Both the position numbers and the translations under genes were made by a program. This document shows, piece after piece, positions 28,554 to 40,582 of a stretch of 64,000 bases of DNA. Numbering within the stretch: the stretch's first letter is position 1; each line of letters opens with the position of its first letter. The notes beneath the pieces are model-generated. The model saw only the letters and a program-made list of their open reading frames with translations, was not told the DNA's origin and ran no database searches. The stretch lies in assembly GCF_006345805.1 (NCBI RefSeq), contig NC_043018.1, positions 17,422,001-17,486,000 on the forward strand, given 5' to 3'. This DNA comes from Octopus sinensis (Eukaryota).

Positions 28554-28804
28554 TATTGGCGTCGGTTAAAGTAGCAGTTTCTTGACGAAGCGGTATGTAT
28601 TATGTGAAATAGAAAGATGAATAATCTTGTAGTAGATTAATCAAAAGTTTAACCGATACCTTAGTAGCAAAAATCACAGCAGTGAACAGCACGGTTGAGG
28701 TACAACCATCTGGCGTTGCAACCGTGCGTTGGTGCGGATAATTGAATTAAAAACATTATTGGTGAATTGAAGAATGGAGCTGAACGCAGATTGAACAGAA
28801 ATCG

Positions 28805-28898
28805 TTTTATTTCATCTACACGTGTTTCGAAAGGCACAAATTACCAAAATCCGATTGAATAATGGGACCATATTGTGTCTTTCTCATCAGGAAGAAAA
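28805..28898 (-). ncRNA. Hammerhead ribozyme in the PLE pseudo-LTR (copy 2)
   Basis: Same core as copy 1; 1-nt shorter 3' strand of stem I. Confidence 0.75.
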
Positions 28899-29704
28899 AA
28901 GGAAATCCGTTGGAAAAAGCTATAGGCTGGAATGGTCAATTTTGTCGGTGGCCCTCCCATTTGATAGGGCAGAAGACAGTGCAACCTTTGTGTCTCCGAA
29001 CTCTTCCATATTTTGTTTGCAGAGGCCGGATGGTAAACGGGCTCTTACAGTCGGCTTTTCGATGCCCCATTGGCGGCGTTACACTTATCTGGCCTTTAAA
29101 TAGCGTTTATAAATAAGACCGGCACCATAGCCCTTGGTAACAAATTCTGAAATAGATTTTTAAGATATCTACAATTAACCACTGCAAGGGAAATTACTCC
29201 TGTAAGACAAACGGGGCTTGTTTTTTCACAGCGGGGGGGTTTCCTTGTCAAGGTAGGCTTAGATGAAAACACACACACACACATAAAAAACATAAAATAT
29301 ATTATAATTTCTTTATTTTTTTCTTTCTGCCACCCAACGGTTATCACGGCAGTAGCCACTGACAGCCGAACGATCAAACGCACACACGTACACAAAAATG
29401 TTTTCTACCCCTACGCCAACACACACATATATAGAACAGTATACACACACACACGTCTCTAAGTAGATTTTTTCTCGCCCCTTATAAACATCCAATATTC
29501 TTAAATAGTCAGAACTTATTCTCGGTCACAAAGAACATCTATACACCCTCACCCACATGTTTGACCGATGCCTGACTGTTGAATTCTTCAGCCACCGGTT
29601 CTCAACATACACTGATAAACAGTTTCGCCATGGGCTCTTAGGAGCACAGTTCGATTTGTTTTTTGCTCTGCCTCTGTTCTGTTTTTTTTTCCAACGGATT
29701 TCCT

Positions 29705-29795
29705 TTTTCTTCCTGATGAGAAGACACAATATGGTCCCTTATTCAATCGGATTTTGGTAATTGTGCCTTTCGAAAACACGTTTAGAATGAAATAA
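29705..29795 (+). ncRNA. Hammerhead in the inverted PLE extension (copy 3, degenerate)
   Basis: CTGATGA at 29713-29719, GAAAACACGTTTAG in place of GAAACACGTGTAG. Confidence 0.55.
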
Positions 29796-29840
29796 AACGA
29801 TTTCTGTTCAATCTGCGTTCAGCTCCATTTCTTAATTCAC

Positions 29841-29886
<46 letters not shown>

Positions 29887-29926
29887 ATATATAATATATA
29901 TATATTATATATATATAATATATATA

Positions 29927-29963
<37 letters not shown>

Positions 29964-29974
29964 ATATATATACT

Positions 29975-30128
29975 TTATTTAAAGCAGAAGAAAATTCAAA
30001 AAACATGTTACTCTGAGTTTCACGTTTCCGTTCGTTGGACCACATTTGCAAGAAAAAACTGTCCGACGAACGGGAACGTGAAATCAGAGTAAGGAGTAAG
30101 TGTTTTGTTGAATTTCTGCTGCTTAAAT
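29975..30128. repeat. Fold-back element whose two arms each encode a compact hammerhead-like motif
   Basis: Arms of about 65 bp (29975-30040 vs 30061-30128); right arm CTGT-CCGACGA-ACG-GGAA-CGT-GAAA-TCAGAG-TA; left arm (minus) GT-CCAACGA-ACG-GAAA-CGT-GAAA-CTCAGAG-TA-AC. Confidence 0.7.
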
Positions 30129-30200
30129 TAGCATATTACTCTACCACTGGTATTTGAGTACTCTTTTTCCACCTTGTTTCACATTTATGTGTTTACTCCG

Positions 30201-30242
<42 letters not shown>

Positions 30243-31929
30243 ATATATATTTAGGTATATATATCATATAATATTATATAGGTTATATATGTTTATGTGA
30301 GTGTGTGTGCGTGTAGGAGAGGAAAGAATAAGATATGTGCTTGTGTATTCTTGAATTTATGTTGTTACCTTTATTTAAACATAAGGCTATAAATCTTCAA
30401 GAATACACAATGCATTTTTTACTTGAGCGAAGAGACTGAAAATTTAAAAACACGACATAATATATTTCTAAAACATAAAATATTTGAGTCAACGACTGAA
30501 TATATATTGGTCTCATATTCCATGAGCCTCGGCAACAGCACAATTCTAAGGTCAGGAATTTACATACGGTGTAGTAATTTCTTCTGCAATTTCGCAAGTA
30601 AATATATGGGAAGTCGAAATGTGTTGAATTTTTATTACATTTAACTTTAAGGAAAAGTGATAAAAAGTAATGAGGAAAACTTCGCCATTTTTTTTTCAAA
30701 TTTTTATAGTTTTCCCTTGCATAGCTTATGTGATAATATATATATAAAACAAAATACAGAAAATCTGCGAACATCTTTTTAAAAAAATAATGAGCAATAG
30801 AAATACAAGAAAATAGTAAATAGTCTTATCTAAGATTGAAAAATCCAATATTCCTTGCAAAGACGAACAAAAACTGAAAAAAAAACCGATCCATATAAAT
30901 TGAGAATAGTGTTTCTTACTGACACGCATCTACGCACATTCACGTGAACTCACACACACAACGACAGCTCTTTCCATCCTTCTTTCTCTCACTATCCCTC
31001 CCTCTCCCTCCACTCCTTTCTCTCTAACTCGCTCCCGTTCTTTGCCTTTCCCAATATTCTCCCCCTCTTTCTCTTCTCTCCCCACTCTTCCTCTCCTGGT
31101 CGATATATATAAGTATATATAATATTATATATTATATAATATATATATATTAGTGTGGTGTGTGCTGTGTGTGTGTGTGTAATATATGTATATACATATA
31201 TATATGTTTATAATATAATCATATATGTGTGTGTGTCTATGTATAGTTATATATTATATATGTTTATATATATATATATGAGTGTATATATATATATATA
31301 CCTATATGTGTGTGTGTGTGTGTGTTTATGCGTGGATGTATTTGATAATATATGCAGATATTTTCCGAAGTATATTAAGGCAAGTGTGCGTATAAATGCA
31401 AACGTTGTTGTACGTGATGTAGCGGAAGTTGAGAAAATACGAATAGGATGCGCAACAAGATAAAGTATACTTGTCCCAATATGAATTTCACTGTTAGTAA
31501 TTTACATAGAATGATGAGGGTGAGGTTGAAGAACAAGAAGTTTAGAGAAAGAAAATGCCTTGAAAATATATATATATATATTTGTTCCACGTCCTCGCGT
31601 TGTTGTGTTTTTTGTGCTTTCTTGTTTGGATTAACTATATATATATATATATACAGAGAGAGAGAGAGAGAGACAAATGTGACTGTCGTATTGTGTGTAT
31701 GTGTATGCGTGTAAGTATATATATATAAGTGTTGGCGTATCAGTATATATACATCCACCTACATATATAAATATATGTGTGTGTGTGTATGTACATAAAT
31801 GTATACACATGCATATATATTTTCATGTACATATATTTGTAATGTGTATGTATAGATACATAAATAGATACGTAGATATAATGGATAGTCACATAGATAG
31901 ATATATAGAGAGAGACATCTACATTTATA

Positions 31930-31932
31930 TAG

Positions 31933-32020
<88 letters not shown>
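31930..32020. repeat. (GATA)n tetranucleotide array; others at about 9432-9500, 34850-34990 and 40978-41020
   Basis: Direct reading. Confidence 0.97.
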
Positions 32021-32021
<1 letters not shown>

Positions 32022-32538
32022 TATATATATATATATATAAATATATACATACATATATATAGACATTTATATATATATATACATATATATAGACATTTAT
32101 GTGTATCCATATGTATTCTAGTCCTAACACGCTATCTTTAAGATTGCATCTTTTAAGTCAGTTTTATATTATTGTACCATGAATGCCTATTGGGTGAAAG
32201 TATACATGTAGCATGCATGTAGGACGATTGCTACCAGGAAGCGTGCTCGAACATCAACAGTGGTAAAAGAAAGATAGATTTCTTTTATGGACTGTCATTT
32301 TTTGAAAAGAACATTTGTTGTATCCACCTACATATATGCGCATTGGTGAACAAATGTCACCTGTCCTTTGCATTTCTCCAGGGACACATTGCATGATTGA
32401 TATCCCTACAACGTTTGCTATTTACAGGCATATGTCATACATACATATATAAATACATATATATACATATTTATTTATTCATACATATATATATATATTA
32501 TATATATATATATATATATGCATGTATATGTATGTATG

Positions 32539-32585
<47 letters not shown>

Positions 32586-34009
32586 ATTCCATAAGATCTG
32601 TCCGAATTGTGAATAAAGAAAACAAGTGATCAAATGTTATATTTAATTGAAATTTAATCATCAATGCACTTTCCCTGATTATCTATGACTTACTTCCGTC
32701 TATTTACAAGTTATTCAATCCTATCAATGTAAAATACTTTTGGTTTCAAAGTGAAGAACTCTGAAATGTCATTTCCGACCTCTTCCTGACTTGCGAAATC
32801 CAAATGATTCTGTTAACTATGGAACAAATGGTAGTGTGAAGGAGCAAGGTCGGGAGAATAAGGTGGATGAGAGTAAATACATTTATATGTGAATGTTTGC
32901 TGTGCGTGTATCTATCTATGCGCGCATGTGTTTATTTGTTTGTGTGTGTGAGGCGCTGATTATGAGTGTTTTAGAAGCTTTCTTTGCTCAATCTCTCTAT
33001 GTGGCACCATGGACTGGTGTCTTATAGATCTGGGCCTTGCTAGTAAACAGTGTAGAAAGAAATTGATGAAGTCCCTCATGTGTATATATGTGTGTCTGTG
33101 TCTGTGCCTATGCATGTTCTTTTTCTGTTTGTGTGTGTTTGTGCTTGTGTGTCTGTTTATGTGTGTGTGTATGTGTGTGTGTGTCTTTTCGATCGGCCAC
33201 ATTTACATAACTGGCGCCAATTTGTTTACGTCGTAGTAAACAGACGACTCTGGAAAATAAATTGATAAAATCAATACAAACTTCGGCTTTAAGTAAATGG
33301 TGGGGTAGATTTCCTTGACTGAACTAATCAAGGTTTTGGCTCATCTTGGCCGCACTGCAAATAGTAAAACAAATAAAGTAAGAAAAGATAGATATACCTA
33401 CACTCATACACACATACACACCCTCACCACACACACACATACACCCTCACACCCACACACCCACACACCCACACACCCACACACCCACCCACACACACAC
33501 ACACTCAAACACGCAAACACACTAAATGATAATTCAAGAACTACGTAACTAACTAACTAATCCAATCAGGAATAACACCCCTCTGTTAAATCCCTTCCGA
33601 CTATATTTCAAGAAGACCTTCCCACATCACTTCCTGTTTTATTAAATTTCGCTGAGTTATAAACCATGAGTTCCGATTCGTACCTTCATCCTTGCAGCTG
33701 TTTTCTTACCCGTTGTTATTGTTATTTTCTTGCAATTATTCTTCATTTTCTTGCAATTTCTGTTTCTTGTAATTGTTATTGCAAATGCTGTTCTATAATA
33801 AATCGGTCTTTCAACCGATCTATTATAGAACAAACTTTTCTAGCCTGAGCAAATCCGTCTTTTGTTTACTTGGTTAATATTTTGTTAATGTTCTTAAATA
33901 TTAGGCAGCCATTGGATTATCTTCAGCAACAGGGTTCGATGTTCTTTAGATGAACAGTCCTACTCTTCTTTGACCTTTGGACTGTGATGAATCCCACAGA
34001 TACCGAATC

Positions 34010-34420
34010 AATATAGGACATTATATCTGATTTCCTCGTTACCTGTACACAGAGTGCGGTGAATAAACTGTCGTCTAAATTACGCATAAATGAAAATAAC
34101 TCTGACATCTCATTTTAAGAGATATATTTGCCAAAATGACATAAAAATATTTTGTCATATTCTAAGTAACAAGATGTTCCTAACAAAATTTATAGACTTC
34201 AGAAAAAACCCAAAGGTTCAGCCTGACTCAAAACATAGAGGGTTACAAGTTTTTAAGGACGTTCACATCCAGCGCCTCTGACAATTTGCCCTGGGTCGAA
34301 AATATCTTCCATACCACAAGAATGCAAGCCTTTTTCCCAAACAACAGTAACACTCCGCAAACTCTTTTGCGTCAGATTCCAAAATGTGTCCAACGCTTTT
34401 GTCTACAAAAATATGTGTGA
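34010..34420 (+). mobile_element. Possible highly decayed L1/Tx1-like RT fragment
   Basis: QNDIKIFCHILSNKM resembles the RT motif N.DYKI..KILA.RL; no further clear motifs. Confidence 0.25.
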
Positions 34421-34634
34421 GATAATGCCTATCAAATCCGTGTTTATTTAGCTGATGTTCCTGGGCAAATCACATTTCTACCTAGCTGAATTCATGCTGA
34501 GTACATAAATGCACGATTGTTGCTTTAGGAACATCGCAGCTGTGTGTGTACATATCCACACTCACACAAGCACAAGCTCACATGTAAATAATATAGACAC
34601 AATCAGATACATGTGTATGTATATATATATATAT

Positions 34635-34828
34635 ATCGTTGGCGATTTTCTTTCTCCGTCTTCCCTTCTTTGGACTTTTTCTATATTTCTGACGAAGAGC
34701 TCCACTCGAAATGTGAAATCCGCTTTCTTTTCTTTCCTTTCCTGAGCGTCCAATAACACTGTACTTATTCCACGTCCTCGTGTTGCTGTTTACTGTTTTT
34801 TTTTTGCTTGTTCATGTTTGGATTAACT
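34635..34828 (+). mobile_element. Family-M repeat with a minimal hammerhead core, flanked by (TA)n
   Basis: ATTT-CTGACGA-AGAG-CTCCA-CTC-GAAA-TGTG-AAAT at 34685-34719; stem III degraded. Confidence 0.75.
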
Positions 34829-34930
34829 ATATATATATATCTATATATTATCTAACCTATCTATCGATATATCTATCTATCTATTATCTATCTATCTATC
34901 ATCTATCTATCTATCATCTATCTATCTATA

Positions 34931-34989
<59 letters not shown>

Positions 34990-35022
34990 ATATATTTATA
35001 TATATATATAGATATATATATA

Positions 35023-35564
35023 TATACATATAAAAGTAAATAAATGGCACAACGAAGCAGCGATATTTCCTGGAACATAGCGAACGTAATAAATACGACG
35101 CTAATGTATAGCTTCACTGCGTATGTACTAGTAAAGATGCGTGTGTGCAACAAACATGAAATAATTTGTCTTACCTCTAGGAAGAACATCTGAAAAATGA
35201 AAAACCTAGAAACGGATAATGCAGGACCGGTTTCAGACTCTTCAAAATACGTTTGCCAACGTATATTTGATTTGTCATCATCAGCTGCATAAACCGCGAC
35301 AACATTTGAAATGTTGCCACATCTACGCCAGTACACTCGTCTGAACGCCAAAACGTTAACAGAACGAGAACATTGAAGAAGTTTCAATGAAAATAGTAAT
35401 GCAATACCAGAGTATTGCTTTCCAGTAAAGGATAGCCCGTAAGGGTAAAATTATACATATAAAAGTAAATAAATGGCACAACGAAGCACCGATATTTACT
35501 GGAAAATAGGCGAACGTAATAAATACGACGCTAATGTATAGCTTCACTGCCTATGTACTAGTAA
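35023..35564 (-). mobile_element. Candidate retrozyme: 429-nt unit plus 112-nt terminal redundancy containing one hammerhead
   Basis: Direct repeats 35023-35134 and 35452-35564; hammerhead at 35219-35290; several short perfect hairpins; no credible ORF. Confidence 0.65.
35219..35290 (-). ncRNA. Minimal type I hammerhead ribozyme (GUC site)
   Basis: ATGCAG-CTGATGA-T-GAC[AAA TCAAA T ATACGTT GGCA AACGTAT TTTGA AGA]GTC-T-GAAA-CCGG-TC-CTGCAT; 6-bp stem I, palindromic ACCGGT stem III; predicted cut between 35225 and 35224. Confidence 0.85.
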
Positions 35565-35583
35565 TATAAGATGATATAATCTC

Positions 35584-35699
35584 ATAGTTTCCTACCATAT
35601 ATTTTACAATCAATAAGCAATTGTACGGTTGCTATATCGCAGATGGATAGATTTCCTGTAGAATATGTCCATATCTCGGAGGCTCCCTGTCATAGCGTA
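35584..35699. repeat. ~115 bp direct repeat, second copy at 37849-37963
   Basis: TAGTTTCCTACCATATATTTTACAATCAATAAGCAATTGTACGGTTGCTA...CGGAGGCTCCCTGTCA occurs twice. Confidence 0.9.
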
Positions 35700-35701
35700 T
35701 A

Positions 35702-35750
<49 letters not shown>

Positions 35751-35838
35751 GACACACATGCAAGCGTAAAATTATATATGTGTTTGTATATATAATAATA
35801 TATAAATACACGCACACTTGCATACATACATGCATATA

Positions 35839-36070
35839 TATTTCTTTACTACCCACAAGGGGGCTAAACGCAGGGGACAAACAAGGACAGACAAACAGAT
35901 TAAATCGATTACATCGACCCCAGTGCGTAACTGGTACTTAATTTATCGACCCCGAAAGGATGAAAGGCAAAGTCGACCTCGGTGGAATTTGAACTCAGAA
36001 CGTAACGGCAGACGAAATACCGCTAAAGCATTTCGCCCAGCGTGCTAACGTTTCTGCCAGCCCGCCGCCT
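35839..36070 (-). mobile_element. Family-Y SINE
   Basis: Reverse complement of 8650-8880. Confidence 0.88.
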
Positions 36071-36823
36071 TATATGCACGCGTACACATACACACACAGA
36101 TAGAGAGAGAAGTGTATGTAAATGTGTGTGCCTACATCAATATTATCGCCAAGCATCAATATTCAATTTATATTTCCTTTGTTACTGTTTTCTCACATCA
36201 CAGTGTGAAATGGTTTACTACAGAAACACTCGGCGAGAGACACTTCCAGCTTTTCTTGTCGTCCTATACATATCCCGAATGAAACGAACGCATACACATC
36301 TGTACAGGCCTTACGTTGAGCAATTGGCTGGTTCAGAGGCCAAATTAGCATCTACGAAGTATTTCTATTTCACTTGTTATATCATCTTATATTACTTGAA
36401 ATACAGGCTGCAATACAGCATTATTCAGTGACAAGCACTCTGGATTCCATTCATACACGAAATGTTCATAATCAAAAATTAACCCTTGTGATTATATCTC
36501 ACACATTATATACATGGACGCTTCAAAGCCCCTGGTGGTATTTCTTAAGTGCTTCTGTCTCACTTGTCTTATTACGTTCCAGTTATTGTAAACGTTTAAA
36601 TCTCTTTAAATACATTGGTAAAACTTTAGTTTAAAAACTCGATTCTCAAGAAAACACTTACGACGAGCTATTCTGTTGTTAGTGACGTTGTGATTGGATG
36701 CCAAGTGTATAAGCGCTCTGAGAAAAACAATGTAGCTCTTGCTATTTCGTTTCACCAAAAGACCGACAATTGAGATTTTGGTTCTGTAATGCTTCACGCA
36801 TATTCATTACGGCCGTTCATATA

Positions 36824-37210
36824 GGAGCACTCCGTCGGTTGCGACGATGAGGGTCCCAGCTGATACGATCAACGGAACAGCTTGCTCGTGATATTAACGT
36901 GCAAGTGGCTGAGCACTCCACAGACACGTGTACCCTTAACGTAGTTCTCGAGGAGATTCAGCGTGACACACAGAATGTGACAAGGCTGGCCCTTTGAAAT
37001 ACAGGTACAAGAGAAACAGGAAGAAAGAGTGAGAGAAAGTTGTGGTGAAAGAGTACAGCAGGGTTCACCCCCCACCCCTGCCGGAGCCTCCTCGTGGAGC
37101 TTTTAGGTGTTTTCGCTCAATAAACACTCACAATGCCCGGTCTGGGAATCGAAACCGCGATCCTCCGACCGCGAGTCCGCTGCCCTAACCACTGGGCCAT
37201 TGCGCCTCCA
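36824..37210 (-). mobile_element. Full-length SINE (head H2 + body B + tail T1) with a 10-bp TSD
   Basis: Minus head TGGCCCAGTGGTTAGGGCAGCGG...GGTTTCGATTCCC; GCCGTTCATA at 36812-36821 and 37214-37223; older copy at 48011-48345. Confidence 0.9.
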
Positions 37211-38179
37211 ACAGCCGTTCATACACGTCGGTTTCTCATCAATGGTTCAATGGAGTGTTAGGTAACACACCGTTGAACCTCCAAAATGCAAAGAATTGGT
37301 AAGAACGGTGGCAATGGCTCTATAATACTGTACACTGCAATTATTATACCCACTCTATTGACAGATATATGAGTGCATTTTTCCTAACTTACGGACTCTT
37401 AGACGACTTACACCCCCCACACGCACACACACCCACATGCATATACCTTTCTTAAACATATCTACACTCAGACTCATCACGATTTTTAAAACGTTTTCCA
37501 TCCCTCACAAAGTGAATGCTTTACGTTTGCCTGTTTATATTTGGATGATCCTTTTGTCTCTCCTTCGCTATCATTGCCAATTTCTGCATATCTCTCTTCC
37601 CAATAATTTTCTACCGCAAACATCCTTTCGTATATTCTCATCATTCTGCTCATTCTATCACACCACAATATTATTTTGCATACTTTTGCATATCAGTTAT
37701 TTTTAACAATTTTGTTCATTTTTGTCCACTCCCAAACGCACACACGTTTATTTTGTTAATTTATTTTATTATTTATATTTATACCTTATGCAGATTCTCC
37801 TTTTTGTCAACTGCATGGCTTCTTTCGGATTTATATTAACATCCTCTTAGTTTCCTACCATATATTTTACAATCAATAAGCAATTGTACGGTTGCTACAT
37901 CGCTGACGCATAGATTTCCTGTAGAATATGTCCATATCTCGGAGGCTCCCTGTCAAAGCGTATTTACATTCGAGGTGATTCTGCCATAACAGAATCCTAC
38001 ACTCAACACCAAAACCCCCATCAGCTCTATTGTTATACCAAAGATGTCAAGTTGTTCCGATTACGGTTCTGCTGCATAGTCACACACTTGCTGCCCCTTT
38101 AGCCCCACCCCCACCCCAGCGCTCTCCCTAAATAACTTAAGTTACAACCGGTTTCATAGTGAATTAGGTAATCTCTTCA

Positions 38180-38566
38180 CTCTCTTTTTACTCTTTTACT
38201 TGTTTCAGTCATTTGACTGCGGCCATGCTGGAGCACCGCCTTTATTCGAGTAAACCGACCCCGGGACTTATTCTGTGTAAGCCCAGTACTTATTCTATCG
38301 GTTTCTGTTGCCGAACCGCTAAGTGACGGGGGACATAAACACACCAGCATCGGTTGTCAAGCAATGCTAGGGGGACAAACACAGACACACAAACACATAC
38401 ACATACATACATATACATATATATACATATATACGACAGGCTTCTTTCAGTTTCCGTCTACTAAATCCACTCACAAGGCATTGATCGGTCCGGGGCTATA
38501 GTAGAAGACACCTGCCCAAGATGCCACGCAGTGGGACCGAACCCGGAACCATGTGGTTGTTTAGCA
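38180..38566 (-). mobile_element. Family-X SINE, slightly 5'-truncated
   Basis: Reverse complement of the family-X consensus; head-to-head with 38839-39440. Confidence 0.9.
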
Positions 38567-38838
38567 TCATACCTTTTACTGGAAAAGCTTCTTCCGCCAA
38601 TCTCCTCTAACATTAGTGGGATTCACTGACTTATTTTAATCTAGCTGATTGCCCACACACTTTATATAACACAAATAATTTTTTTAGTCAAATCTAATTG
38701 GGAGACAGATTAGTCATCATTCACTTGGTCATGATTTGGTTGAACTAGATTACATGACTCCCAGGAGGAGGTTATTTACTGAAATTGGTTACGGCTCGGT
38801 TTAAAGTGCAAATTGTAAATAATAATAAAAAAAAATAT

Positions 38839-39013
38839 CAGGAGTGGCTGTGTGGTAAGTAGCTTGCTAACCAACCACATGGTTCCGGGTTCGGTCCCAC
38901 TGCGTGGCATCTTGGGCAGGTGTCTTCTACTATAGCCCCGGACCGATCAATGCCTTGTGAGTGTATTTAGTAGACGGAAACTGAAAGAGGCCTGTCGTAT
39001 ATATGTATATATA

Positions 39014-39058
<45 letters not shown>

Positions 39059-39440
39059 ATGTGTGTGTGTGTCTGTGTTTGTCCCCCTAGCATTGCTTGA
39101 CAACCGATGCTGGTGTGGCACGTTGAGCAAGTGTCTTCTACTATGGCCTCGGGCCGACCAAAGCCTTGTGAGTGGATTTGGTAGACAGGGACCGAAAGAA
39201 GCCCGTCGTATATATGTATGTTTGTGTGTCTGTGTTTGTCCCCCTAGCATTGCTTGGCAACCGATGCTGGTGTGTTTATGTCCCCGTCAGTTAGCAGTTC
39301 AGCAAAAGAGACCGATAGAATAAGTACTGGGCTTACAAAGAATAAGTCCCGGGGTCGAGTTGCTCGATTAAAGGTGGTGCTCCAGCATGGCCGCAGTCAA
39401 ATGACTGAAACAAGTAAAAGAGTAAAAGAGTAAAAGAGTA
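38839..39440 (+). mobile_element. Chimeric (partially dimeric) family-X SINE
   Basis: Core + microsatellite + GCTGGTGT segment occurs twice; junction at GTGGCA (39115-39120). Confidence 0.88.
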
Positions 39441-39630
39441 GGTACAAAAATTTGACTCTCTGGATTTATTGTGTCAATGGTATGTAATCTTCCAACTTGT
39501 AAAAGTTTCGTATCACATACGATTCAGTTATGTCAGATCCTCTTGTATTTATTTATCATATATCTGTCCATTTCATTTAATGAACTGTAGGGATTACGAA
39601 GACTATTGTAGGAGTTAAAGTAACAAATTC

Positions 39631-39730
39631 NNNNNNNNNNNNNNNNNNNNNNNNNNNNNNNNNNNNNNNNNNNNNNNNNNNNNNNNNNNNNNNNNNNNNN
39701 NNNNNNNNNNNNNNNNNNNNNNNNNNNNNN
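39631..39730. other. Assembly gap (100 N)
   Basis: Run of N. Confidence 1.
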
Positions 39731-40155
39731 GGACGTGTGATTACATACAAACACACATACTCACACACACTCATAAGAACACGCACACATACACACTTAC
39801 ACTTACACACAAAAGACACACAAACACACAAGCACATACATACACGCATTCACACACGCATTCACACACAGACACACACACATACACGTCAGGAGATAAG
39901 AGTGCAATTTCGTTCCTGCCATTCGATGTAATTATAAATTTGTATAGATAATTAGTAATCCACCTGAGTGTAATGCGTGTGTGACTGTGTGCATGCGCAC
40001 GCGTATGTGTTTCGTATTGTGTGCTCGAACGGTGTTATTCAAATATTTGCTCGGCAGGGAAAGGAATTGAATCGTTCTTCATGCTTACTTTCCGTAAAAC
40101 CTATTTTAGATTACTGAAAATCCTCTGTCTCTCTTTCTATCTCTCGCACATTGAC

Positions 40156-40198
<43 letters not shown>

Positions 40199-40238
40199 AT
40201 ATGTATATATATATGTGTGTGTGTATATGGTATATGTA

Positions 40239-40286
<48 letters not shown>

Positions 40287-40582
40287 GCATAAATATATAT
40301 ATATATACATATACATATATACATATTACATACATTATATTATATTATATATATATATACATATATACATAATTGCATAATATATTATATATATATATTT
40401 ATATTATATATATATACATATATTATTTTATGGATAATACCATATAGATTTCTGGTGCATCTAAGTTAAGTACCGCATTCATGTGTACTTTCATTAAACT
40501 CACTTGAATCTTAATTGCTTTTACTATATATATAATATATATATATATATATTATTTATATATATATTTATTTATTTATATA

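Larger units (their letters stand above)
24959..29847 (-). mobile_element. Penelope-like retroelement (PLE), near full length, with pseudo-LTRs and an inverted 5' extension, inserted in (TA)n
   Basis: Direct repeat 24959-25285 = 28599-28918; 28917-29847 is the reverse complement of 25120-26070; RT and GIY-YIG motifs between; (TA)n on both flanks. Confidence 0.92.
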
